This document shows positions 1-7,478 of a stretch of DNA of 32,000 nucleotides, in pieces. Each line of letters starts with the position of its first letter. Position 1 is the first letter of the stretch. The notes beneath the pieces were generated by a model. It did no database searches. It was given only the letters and a program-made list of their open reading frames with translations, and was not told the DNA's origin. A program made the position numbers and the translations under genes. The stretch is from an uncultured Gammaproteobacteria bacterium (GTDB lineage: Bacteria > Patescibacteriota > Microgenomatia > Daviesbacterales > UBA10151). The stretch spans positions 1 through 32,000 of the forward strand of contig CAYHYM010000001.1 in NCBI GenBank assembly GCA_964360965.1. The letters are read 5' to 3'.

Positions 1-988
1 GATCATCTGCTTTATAAAAGCTGTTGGGGGCTGAACGGACAAATTCCATAAACACCCCGTCAAAGCAATATTCCCGTCCGGTAGTGAGCTTCCTGCAGCT
101 TGCCAGCGAGGCCTTCAAATCATTAGTTAAATAAAATGATGCAACTCCGTGTCCTATGCCGTGAATACAGCTGGCCACCGGACCGGAGAGCCCTGGGCCC
201 AATTTTGAGCAAGCATCTTCAGCCTCATTTAGTTTGCTTAAATCTTTCTTAAAAGCCTCATCCAAAAATCCGTGGAAACAACCAAAAGCAAAATCAGGGC
301 TGCAAAGCCTTATCCCTTCAAAACCGTCAATATCATAAATTAAGCCTCCAGATAAATGAGCCAGATCATGAATATTACCTGCGGAACCACTTTGTCCTTT
401 AAAAACCGATTTCACATACTCCCAGGTTTTTTCTCCGCCTGCTGAGGAAGCCATTTTTTTTAAAACATCTATTTGTTCAGCTGAAGAAAGAGCAAGGAAA
501 TTACTGATTCCCAGGACCTGTTCTGAACCAGACGGTTTGGAAAAAATACCTTTGATTTTTCTGACCAGATCGTTAAGCATCCCCTTAATTTTTTCAATTA
601 AGTTTATTTCCATCCTATCAGCCTGACTCTCCGCCCCTCTAACTTCACCATCCTCATTGTTTACAATCAAGCTACCCCTTTGGTGAGGGATAAGATGATC
701 ATGATATTTCCACTCTCCTGCTTTTTTAGGCTTAAAAGACCATGATTGACCGACTGGAATGGGCCTTCTGGGATCAAACTCAGGGTAAATTTCATGGGTG
801 GGATGGACATTTGAAGCCGGCCAACGGGGTTTTATATCCTTATTAACAAAAATTACAACTGAGTTGGTATCAACTGTCACCTGAGTAGGTTCAAATCCAT
901 TGGGAGTCATTTCAATAACCTGAGTCTGGGAATGGGCAAAGGCTAAACAAGGGAATAACAAGTAAAGTAACACCAATAAGATTATCAC
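1..988 (-). CDS. Secreted protein, C-terminal part runs off the window: signal peptide, cupredoxin-like beta-sandwich domain, then a Cys-pair repeat domain paralogous to 4155..5336
   Basis: Absent from the ORF track because the window edge truncates it; translated by hand. GTG at 988 gives (M)IILLVLLYLLFPCLAFAHSQTQ, a signal-peptide-like start. Next comes FEPTQVTVDTNSVVIFVNKD...GEWKYHDHLIPHQRGSLIV, a cupredoxin-type pattern without the Cys ligand. Then LCSPDFAFGCFHGF...SCIHGIGHGV...YCFDGVFMEF aligns with KCKDYFLYACYHGA...QCVHAAGHSI...SCHNGAFMEN of the 393-aa ORF. Confidence 0.6.
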   Translation of the reverse strand, partial: MIILLVLLYLLFPCLAFAHSQTQVIEMTPNGFEPTQVTVDTNSVVIFVNKDIKPRWPASNVHPTHEIYPEFDPRRPIPVGQSWSFKPKKAGEWKYHDHLIPHQRGSLIVNNEDGEVRGAESQADRMEINLIEKIKGMLNDLVRKIKGIFSKPSGSEQVLGISNFLALSSAEQIDVLKKMASSAGGEKTWEYVKSVFKGQSGSAGNIHDLAHLSGGLIYDIDGFEGIRLCSPDFAFGCFHGFLDEAFKKDLSKLNEAEDACSKLGPGLSGPVASCIHGIGHGVASFYLTNDLKASLASCRKLTTGREYCFDGVFMEFVRSAPNSFYKADD

Positions 989-1033
989 TAAGGTATTTTC
1001 TCACTATGTTCGAAAAATAATCAAGTAGGAGTC

Positions 1034-3826
1034 TTAAAATCCTCTAAAGAAATCCAACAGTCTTTCCAGTAAGCTTTTTGAGCCAGACACTCCATGAACC
1101 TCTCCCGGAGTTGGGTATGCATAGGCAGGTGTTCCATATGCTGGTGTGCCATATGGTTCAGGTGTACCATAGGCTGGTGTACCATATGTCTCAGAAGGTG
1201 TGCCATAGGCTGGAGTTCCATAACTTGGAGTTCCATAAGTCCCACTTGGAGTGGGGTAAGTGGGTGATGGATAGGAATAATCGGTAGGTGTGTGATAGCC
1301 TGGTGTGTAATAAGTGGCTGAGGGAGATGGATATACATAACTACTATCACCCGGAGTTGGGTAAGAGTAAGGTTGATTGGGAGTTGGATATGGATAATTA
1401 CCACTCGGACTTGGGTAAGAGTAGCTTCCATTGTCGGCGCAGCCGGCGCAGGGAGTTGGATAGGTATATCCACTGCCTGGGGTTGGATACGAATAGCTCG
1501 GACTGGGAGAAGTATAGTTACCACCTGGTGTTGGGTATGAATAAGTTGGAGTATAGTAAGTGCTGCCAACCGGTGAATAATAAGGTGAAGTGTAAGTGCC
1601 TGGGGTAGAATAATTTATGCTGGGGGATGTATAACCTGATCCTGGCGTGTAATAAGGTGATGTGTAAGTTCCCCCCGGCGTGTAGTAGCTAGGTGAATAA
1701 TAGGTAGGTGTGTGGTAATTAGGGGTTGAATAAGGAGTGTAATAGCTTGGACTGGTGTAATTTGAACCTGGTGGAGGGGTGTAATAGCTTGGGCTGGAAT
1801 AAGGAGTGTAGTAATAAGGGGTAGAATAAGGGGGAGGAGTGTAATAGGAAGGTGATGAGTATCCTATAGGTGAGTAATATGTTGGACTGGTGTAAGAATC
1901 TCCCCCTCTAGGAGTTGGGTAAGAAGGCGTCGGATAAGGAGGAGGTGAGGTATATTCTCTGGGCGTGGGATAAATCCCCGGAGTGGGATATGATGGAGTT
2001 CCATAAGGAGGTGGAGGTGTGTAATAGCTTGGGCTGGTGTAAGTTGAGCCTGGAGGAGGAGTGTAGTAATGAGGGGTGGTATAAACAGGAGGTGTGTAAT
2101 AAACAGGTGTGGTATAGCCTCCGCCATCCCAAGGAGTGAAATATTGAGGAGTAGTGTAAGGTGGAGGGGTGCTATAGGTAGGAGTGGTATAGCCTCCAAT
2201 TGGTGTGTAGTAATAAGGAGTCATATATGGTGGAGGGGTGTAATAATAAGGTGTTGTGTAGTCTGAGCCTCTGGGAGGAGTGTAGTAGGTTGGTGATGCG
2301 TAAGTAGGGGTTGGGTATTCACCTGTTGGAGTTGGATAATTACCCCAAGGTGTATAGTAATTCGGTGTTGTATAGAGACCATAGATTGGATCGTTTGGTA
2401 TGTAGTGATAGGTAGGGGTGGGATACGTACCAGGTGTATAGTATTGAGGTGTGGTATAGGTTGAACCTTCAGGTGGAGTGGGATAAATTGGTGTTGTATA
2501 GAAAAAGGTGACAGGCGGAGTTACATAGACTGTATTAGTAGGTGGAGTATAATAGGTGTATGGAATATAAACTTCTGGCGGTCTGGGGGCTCTGTCGCTA
2601 AAGCCTTCACATTTCCCAGGATTATCCTTACAATAATCATAACAACCAGCTGGAGATGTGCATCCTCCCATTGATTCAACAGGTTCATGTTTCACTTCTG
2701 AACCAGGGGTGTAGTAAAGGTAAGGGGTTATGAAATCCTTTGGTTCTAGGATCATATCACCAATTACCACAGGCGGACAAGTCGCAGGATTAGCTTTACA
2801 GTAGTCATAACATTCACCAGGTGACTTACAATTTCCCCACTCTGGCCTTGGTTCAAAATAAGCTGAGGGATTTTCTGTTGAGATCCCTGGGGGTGCTTGA
2901 TCATGACAAGCTGTACCATCCCAGAATTTATCTGCCCCCGCACAAGCAGCAGCCGTTTGAGTGTTGGCAACAGAAGTACAAGCACCACCTGGGCCATGAT
3001 ATTCATTTGCCCCGCAAGCAACAGGCACATAAACCCCGCTGGCCCCAGGAGCATAAGCTCTGCACTGCTCAGGATTTTGTTCACAGTAAGACCTACAAGA
3101 TTCCTGAGAATTACACCCTCCAGGACCTGCAAAAGTCCCCCCGGGAGCAGCTTGCTGACAAAGGGCAAAATTATTAGGATCTGAACAGTAAGATGAACAG
3201 GTCTCTGCAGTCTGACAACCTCCAGGCCCCTCAGCAGTTGTGCCTCCTAAAAGACCTACTTGATTTGCAAAAGTAGTACATTTATCAGCATTGGCAGGAT
3301 CATCACAAACATTACTACAAGATTCTGCTGAATTACAACCTAAAGTAGTTTGGGCAATTTGTAAAAATTCAGGCTTATCAGGCTGTTGGGTATATCCTCC
3401 CGGAACCTCATTTCTCTTGGACCAACCATCACAAGCAGTATGATTATCAGGGTTAGAACAATAGGTAAAACATGCTTCTTTGGAATCACAACCCAACTCA
3501 ACTTTGGCTGTCTCAATCAGCTCATTATCATATAAGGCAGGGTCATCTCTATAAAATCCGTTTTGTTTGGCAAAACTGGTGCAGCTGTTATGATTAACAG
3601 GATCCTCACAATATTTAGTACAGGAACCTATATCTGTACAATCACCCAATACTTTAATAGGAAAAACTAGACTGGTGACAGAGGTGGAACCAGGAGCAGG
3701 AGCTGGAGAACCAGCAGGGGCAGGGCTTTGGGAGAAAGCAGGATTGGTGGCGAAAAGCGCCAAAATTAAAATAACTGCACTTAAGCCTATCAGCCTTACT
3801 AAATTAAATTTTAAAATATCTATCAT
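1034..3826 (-). CDS. 930-aa secreted protein: seven 4-Cys modules plus a very long Tyr/Thr/Pro/Ser-rich low-complexity region; putative surface fibre or matrix protein
   Basis: Longest ORF in the region. The N-terminus LIGLSAVILILALFATNPAFS|QSP looks like a signal peptide. Other-frame ORFs overlapping it on either strand translate to compositional junk. Confidence 0.85.
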   Translation of the reverse strand: MIDILKFNLVRLIGLSAVILILALFATNPAFSQSPAPAGSPAPAPGSTSVTSLVFPIKVLGDCTDIGSCTKYCEDPVNHNSCTSFAKQNGFYRDDPALYDNELIETAKVELGCDSKEACFTYCSNPDNHTACDGWSKRNEVPGGYTQQPDKPEFLQIAQTTLGCNSAESCSNVCDDPANADKCTTFANQVGLLGGTTAEGPGGCQTAETCSSYCSDPNNFALCQQAAPGGTFAGPGGCNSQESCRSYCEQNPEQCRAYAPGASGVYVPVACGANEYHGPGGACTSVANTQTAAACAGADKFWDGTACHDQAPPGISTENPSAYFEPRPEWGNCKSPGECYDYCKANPATCPPVVIGDMILEPKDFITPYLYYTPGSEVKHEPVESMGGCTSPAGCYDYCKDNPGKCEGFSDRAPRPPEVYIPYTYYTPPTNTVYVTPPVTFFYTTPIYPTPPEGSTYTTPQYYTPGTYPTPTYHYIPNDPIYGLYTTPNYYTPWGNYPTPTGEYPTPTYASPTYYTPPRGSDYTTPYYYTPPPYMTPYYYTPIGGYTTPTYSTPPPYTTPQYFTPWDGGGYTTPVYYTPPVYTTPHYYTPPPGSTYTSPSYYTPPPPYGTPSYPTPGIYPTPREYTSPPPYPTPSYPTPRGGDSYTSPTYYSPIGYSSPSYYTPPPYSTPYYYTPYSSPSYYTPPPGSNYTSPSYYTPYSTPNYHTPTYYSPSYYTPGGTYTSPYYTPGSGYTSPSINYSTPGTYTSPYYSPVGSTYYTPTYSYPTPGGNYTSPSPSYSYPTPGSGYTYPTPCAGCADNGSYSYPSPSGNYPYPTPNQPYSYPTPGDSSYVYPSPSATYYTPGYHTPTDYSYPSPTYPTPSGTYGTPSYGTPAYGTPSETYGTPAYGTPEPYGTPAYGTPAYAYPTPGEVHGVSGSKSLLERLLDFFRGF
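1106..2569 (-). repeat. Degenerate low-complexity coding repeat (~488 aa) built from YYTPP / YTSPSYYTP / YPTP / YGTPA units
   Basis: Residues ~420-907 of the 930-aa ORF are almost only Y, T, P, S and G, with Tyr every 3-5 residues. Units are degenerate at DNA level, so this is not a recent perfect tandem array. One CxxC (PTPCAGCADNG) is embedded. Confidence 0.85.
2609..3640 (-). repeat. Seven copies of a module G-C-x5-C-x3-C-x(6 or 8)-C containing (D/N)P, plus a C-x11-C-x11-C-x11-C segment
   Basis: Module Cys positions are 63/69/73/82, 113/119/123/132, 164/170/174/183, 204/210/214/223, 238/244/248/255, 333/339/343/350 and 389/395/399/406. Examples are GCDSKEACFTYCSNPDNHTAC and GCTSPAGCYDYCKDNPGKC. 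Cys 271/283/295/307 are spaced exactly 12 residues apart. Confidence 0.8.
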
Positions 3827-3844
3827 TTATTTACTTATTACCAT

Positions 3845-4102
3845 TTACTTATTAACAGTAAATGGATTTTTATAAGTTTCAAACGGATTAACATACTGAG
3901 TTTCTTTCTTAAAAGGATTTTTATATTCGGTTTTAAGTTCTACCTTTGGTCCTTTTTGGCCTATTCCGGGAATAGATGGAAGTTTAATAAGGCCACGGGA
4001 AATAGCCACATAGGCGCCAATTGCCAAAGCAACTATCAAAAGAAGAGGCAACAGGTGTATGATACCTGCCTGACGGCCGGGCAGGTCTCTTTTTCTATCC
4101 AT
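3845..4102 (-). CDS. 85-aa single-pass membrane protein with three C-terminal Y-x-NPF repeats
   Basis: MDRKRDLPGRQAG is followed by the TM segment IIHLLPLLLIVALAIGAYVAI. The tail carries EYKNPFKK, QYVNPFET and TYKNPFTV. A strong promoter-like site lies directly upstream. Confidence 0.6.
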   Translation of the reverse strand: MDRKRDLPGRQAGIIHLLPLLLIVALAIGAYVAISRGLIKLPSIPGIGQKGPKVELKTEYKNPFKKETQYVNPFETYKNPFTVNK

Positions 4103-4109
4103 TAATATA

Positions 4110-4139
4110 TTATTAGAATAAGTGAAAAGTGTTTGTCAA
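4110..4139 (-). promoter_or_regulatory. Sigma70-like promoter placing the transcription start at or next to the ATG of the 85-aa gene
   Basis: Minus strand reads TTGACA (4139-4134), 18 nt, TAATAA (4115-4110), 7 nt, ATG (4102). No Shine-Dalgarno sequence lies between them. Confidence 0.5.
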
Positions 4140-4154
4140 TAGGGCAAAACAGCC

Positions 4155-5336
4155 TCAATTTAGGGAAGCAATGCCGGAAAAACACTGGTTATTAAAAGGG
4201 GGCTCAATTTTTTGGCACAACTGCTGTTTGGCATCTTTTTCAATGGGGTCTGACAAGATCTGGCTAATCACCCTCTGGTAACATTCCTGTTTTAAGTGAG
4301 GAGGCACATTTTGACAAATAAACAAAGCCTGATCTCTTCCCCCAACAGAATAAAATGAGCCGGCATTGACCACCAGACAGTTGTCATACCACTTTTCGCC
4401 TTCCTGTTTACAAAGTTCAAAAGATTTAGCCGGATCACCTTGAGTTAAAGGATGGATTTGCCTAGCCACATTATCCATACACCAAGCCTCATATTCTTCA
4501 TTTCCCACTGCTTGACAAAGCTCGGAGGTCTTCACCATATCCCCATTATTCATCTGATAAATCCTGGCTGCCTGATTTAACCAGCAACCTTTCTGGTATT
4601 TTTCCTCAAACCCGTTGCAGGGAAAATACGGGTCTTCAGATAACCAGTCCCTTTTTTGCTCTTTTCCGGTACCCCAATCATGAACTCCAAACAGATTTTC
4701 CATAAAAGCTCCATTATGACAAGAAGACAGCGCCTCGGGAAACTGAGTATCTTTTTCATAAATTTGATCACAAGTTTGCATGGCCTTGGGTAAATCATAA
4801 TTCCAGATGGCTAAAATGGAGTGGCCTGCCGCATGGACACACTGGAAATGGCGGACAGGAGAGGATTTACACTTGTCAGTCATTTTGGCAATGGCTTCAA
4901 ATCCCTGATCGGATGCCGCCTCAATGATGGCCCCATGATAACAGGCGTACAAAAAGTAATCTTTGCATTTTAGCATGGAGTCAATGCCGTATTTTTGATA
5001 AGCATAAAAACCTATTTGATGCACCACCAGATGGCCCTCACCGGTATGGGGGAGGGTGGAACGCTCCAAAATCTCCAAGGCCTGCTCCACATCTACCCGC
5101 TCCACTAATTTCCTGGCAGCTTTTAGTCTGGTATCCTGGCTCTCCGTTTGTAGGATATCTTTTAATTCTGGTACTTCACTTTCAGTATAATTTTTTATCT
5201 CTTTAACATCTTTAATTGAGGCAACCGCTGGATTATTAACCTTAGGTTTAACAGTAATTTCAAAGTGTTCTTTAAAATAAACTAAACCAACCAAAAAGCC
5301 AATAAATAAAAATATCAGTGGAGTATTCTTAAACAT
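4155..5336 (-). CDS. 393-aa N-terminally membrane-anchored protein with ~8 Cys-pair helical-type repeats; paralog of the C-terminal domain of 1..988
   Basis: TM segment TPLIFLFIGFLVGLVYF. Repeated units have the form C-x(8-20)-C-aromatic/aliphatic-(H/N/D)-(G/A), for example KCKDYFLYACYHGA, QCVHAAGHS, SCHNGAFMEN, GCWLNQAA, WCMDNVA, NCLVVNAG, ECYQRVI and QCFSGIA. I recognise no named family. Confidence 0.75.
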   Translation of the reverse strand: MFKNTPLIFLFIGFLVGLVYFKEHFEITVKPKVNNPAVASIKDVKEIKNYTESEVPELKDILQTESQDTRLKAARKLVERVDVEQALEILERSTLPHTGEGHLVVHQIGFYAYQKYGIDSMLKCKDYFLYACYHGAIIEAASDQGFEAIAKMTDKCKSSPVRHFQCVHAAGHSILAIWNYDLPKAMQTCDQIYEKDTQFPEALSSCHNGAFMENLFGVHDWGTGKEQKRDWLSEDPYFPCNGFEEKYQKGCWLNQAARIYQMNNGDMVKTSELCQAVGNEEYEAWCMDNVARQIHPLTQGDPAKSFELCKQEGEKWYDNCLVVNAGSFYSVGGRDQALFICQNVPPHLKQECYQRVISQILSDPIEKDAKQQLCQKIEPPFNNQCFSGIASLN

Positions 5337-5372
5337 AATTTAATACCACATTATCAGTTTGATAAATCATTT

Positions 5373-5801
5373 TCAAGTAAATATTTTTTTCAAGATGCTT
5401 TTGTGTTCTTTAATTGTTTTAGTTGGAAATTTATTAAAAAATTTAAATTCTCTGGCCTGGTTATTTAATTTTATTTTTCCTTTAGTTATTTTTACTAAAT
5501 GGGGAATAGAAACTGCATGTACTCCGATAACTGTTTTCCCTGGCCATTCTATAGGGGAGAATAATTTTATTACTTTTACCTCTACTCCAAGTTCTTCTTT
5601 AGCTATCCTTTTAACAGCTTGCTCCAGAGTTTCTCCAAATAGGACTGTTCCACCTGGCAAATGCCACATATTTTTCCAGGGAGGAATACTCCTTAAAGTT
5701 AAAAGTATTCCTTGAGAATTTTTTACTGCTAAATCCACGCAAAGCCTGGGGACTTTGGAATAAATGGAGTCAAATACTTTTTGGGGTAACCTCTTGACCA
5801 T
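5373..5801 (-). CDS. Nudix hydrolase
   Basis: Nudix box GGTVLFGETLEQAVKRIAKEELGV fits G-x5-E-x7-R-x3-EE-x-G-V. Length is 142 aa. Confidence 0.8.
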   Translation of the reverse strand: MVKRLPQKVFDSIYSKVPRLCVDLAVKNSQGILLTLRSIPPWKNMWHLPGGTVLFGETLEQAVKRIAKEELGVEVKVIKLFSPIEWPGKTVIGVHAVSIPHLVKITKGKIKLNNQAREFKFFNKFPTKTIKEHKSILKKIFT

Positions 5802-5808
5802 AAAATTA

Positions 5809-5837
5809 TTGTTTTATCTTACCATAACTTATATAAT
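5809..5837 (+). promoter_or_regulatory. Promoter-like site for tyrS with leaderless geometry
   Basis: TTGTTT (5809-5814), 17 nt, TATAAT (5832-5837), 6 nt, ATG (5844). No SD. Confidence 0.45.
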
Positions 5838-5843
5838 CAAATC

Positions 5844-6983
5844 ATGACTGCTGATGAAAAGTTTAGCTTAATTACCAGAAATTTAGAAGAAACTTTAACA
5901 GAAGAAGAGTTAAAAAGTCTGATTGATTCCGGTAAACCTTTAAAACATTACATAGGTTTTGAAATTTCCGGAAAAGGTCATGTAGGGTGGGTTTATACCA
6001 TGCAAAAAATTAAAGATTTACAAGATGCGGGAGTAGAAATAAATATCTTACTGGCAGATTGGCATACCTGGCTTAATAAAAAATTGGATGGGACCTTAGA
6101 GACAGCAAAAAGGATGGCCGGGGAATATTTTGAAGAGGCTCTCAAGGCTTGCGCTTTATGCGCCGGAGCAGATCCCAATAAGATTAATTTTGTTTTGGGT
6201 AGTAAGCTTTATGAAAAATTAGGGTCCGGTTATTGGGCCCTCGTTGTTAAAGTTGCTAAAGCCACCACTTTGTCAAGAATGATCAGATCAACTACCATTA
6301 TGGGTAGAAAAGAGTCTGAAATTTCAGATTCCGCCATGTTAATTTACCCTGCCATGCAATCTGCTGATATTTTTGCTTTAGGGGTTAATATTGCTCATGC
6401 AGGAACAGATCAAAGAAATGTGCATGTGGTGGCCAGGGAAGCAGCTGCCAGCCTGGATCAACAAAAACCTGTGGCCATTCACCATCATCTTTTGCAAGGA
6501 CTTCTTCAACCGGTTTTTACAACAGATGAGAATGGTAAGAAAATGCTTGATATTGAGGCAGCCAAGATGAGCAAGTCCAAACCAGATTCTGCCATTTATA
6601 TTCATGATGAACCGGAGGAAATAAAAAGAAAAATCAATGCAGCATATGCGCCTGAGGGAGTAGTGGAATTTAATCCTATATTAGATTGGACTAACCATCT
6701 TATTTTGAGGCTCCAGGGGGACGCCTTGGAGGTTCACTTGGAGGTTCAACGGGATCAGAAATGGGGAGGGGACAAAACATATACATCTTATGGGGATTTA
6801 GAAAAAGATTATACTGATAAGAATTTACATCCACAGGATTTAAAAAATGCTGTTACAGATTGGTTAATTAAAAAATTGGAACCAGCCAGAAGGTATTTTG
6901 AAGATCCAAAAAGAAAAAAGGCTTTAGAGGAGATTGAAAGGTTAACTTCTAATCCTTATCTTATATCACTATCTGCAAAATAA
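5844..6983 (+). CDS. tyrS: Tyrosyl-tRNA synthetase, archaeal/eukaryotic type
   Basis: The protein is colinear with the Methanocaldococcus jannaschii TyrRS sequence as I recall it. Matches include YIGFEISGKGHVG (HIGH region), ILLADWHTWLN, the KMSKS motif and LHPQDLKNAVTDWLIKKLEPARRYF. There is no bacterial S4-like C-terminal domain. Confidence 0.85.
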   Translation: MTADEKFSLITRNLEETLTEEELKSLIDSGKPLKHYIGFEISGKGHVGWVYTMQKIKDLQDAGVEINILLADWHTWLNKKLDGTLETAKRMAGEYFEEALKACALCAGADPNKINFVLGSKLYEKLGSGYWALVVKVAKATTLSRMIRSTTIMGRKESEISDSAMLIYPAMQSADIFALGVNIAHAGTDQRNVHVVAREAAASLDQQKPVAIHHHLLQGLLQPVFTTDENGKKMLDIEAAKMSKSKPDSAIYIHDEPEEIKRKINAAYAPEGVVEFNPILDWTNHLILRLQGDALEVHLEVQRDQKWGGDKTYTSYGDLEKDYTDKNLHPQDLKNAVTDWLIKKLEPARRYFEDPKRKKALEEIERLTSNPYLISLSAK

Positions 6984-7285
6984 TAGGCAAATGCTTCAGC
7001 AACTACCACTCCGGCTACAACTCCTGCCAAGCTTAGCCCCCAAATATACAAACCGTTCTCCCATCTATAATAAGCTGGAGCCCATAGATACAAAGAAGAC
7101 TGAACTAAGCTTGCGCCCAGTACTGCTCCCACTGGAAACAGTCTTTCTCTCCACCTATCTACTGTTTCACGAAAGCTTGGAGGAATGACAGGAGCAGGAA
7201 TTGGTTGTTCAACTATTCCTTCCTTTCCTTCCTCTTCTAAAATTTGAGCCACTTCTCTTTCTGCTAAAGTTTCAGGAAACGGCAT
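6956..7285 (-). CDS. 109-aa hypothetical protein with two TM helices
   Basis: Hydrophobic segments LFPVGAVLGASLV and IWGLSLAGVVAGVVVAEAF. GAGGTGA (complement of 7299-7305) lies 13 nt upstream of the ATG. The 3' end overlaps the tyrS end by 28 nt, convergently. Confidence 0.5.
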   Translation of the reverse strand: MPFPETLAEREVAQILEEEGKEGIVEQPIPAPVIPPSFRETVDRWRERLFPVGAVLGASLVQSSLYLWAPAYYRWENGLYIWGLSLAGVVAGVVVAEAFAYYFADSDIR

Positions 7286-7315
7286 ATTCTATAGGATATC
7301 ACCTCATCTAGTGAT

Positions 7316-7343
7316 TTGCAACTTTCTATCTTCATTGTATACT
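7316..7343 (+). promoter_or_regulatory. Possible promoter upstream of the small ORF and recG
   Basis: TTGCAA (7316-7321), 16 nt, TATACT (7338-7343), 11 nt, ATG (7355). Confidence 0.3.
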
Positions 7344-7354
7344 ATAAAGTCAAG

Positions 7355-7462
7355 ATGATGTATTCAAAAAAGTTTAGGATCTTTTGGATTATTTTATCAG
7401 TTATTGCAGGAGCAGCCATTATCATCTTTTCACTCCTACCACTTTTAACCAGCCTTCAATGA
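7355..7462 (+). CDS. Possible 35-aa single-TM micropeptide
   Basis: Hand-translated as MMYSKKFRIFWIILSVIAGAAIIIFSLLPLLTSLQ, ending in TGA. Too short for the track. Support is only the hydrophobic profile and the promoter-like site upstream. Confidence 0.3.
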   Translation: MMYSKKFRIFWIILSVIAGAAIIIFSLLPLLTSLQ

Positions 7463-7478
7463 TACTATAATCCATGGC

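Noticed and set aside
1021-3184. Many track ORFs in other frames within the 930-aa gene, on both strands (for example 1021..1569, 1078..1287, 1288..1608, 1864..2199, 2764..3168, 2821..3177)
   Set aside because: They are shadow ORFs of a compositionally biased repeat region. Their translations are His/Leu/Val/Trp-rich junk with no motifs, and they lie wholly inside a much longer ORF that has a signal peptide and ordered modules.
7286-7478. tRNA or small RNA in the only sizeable intergenic region
   Set aside because: It is AT-rich with no cloverleaf-compatible stems. Divergent promoter-like sites and a possible 35-aa ORF explain it better.
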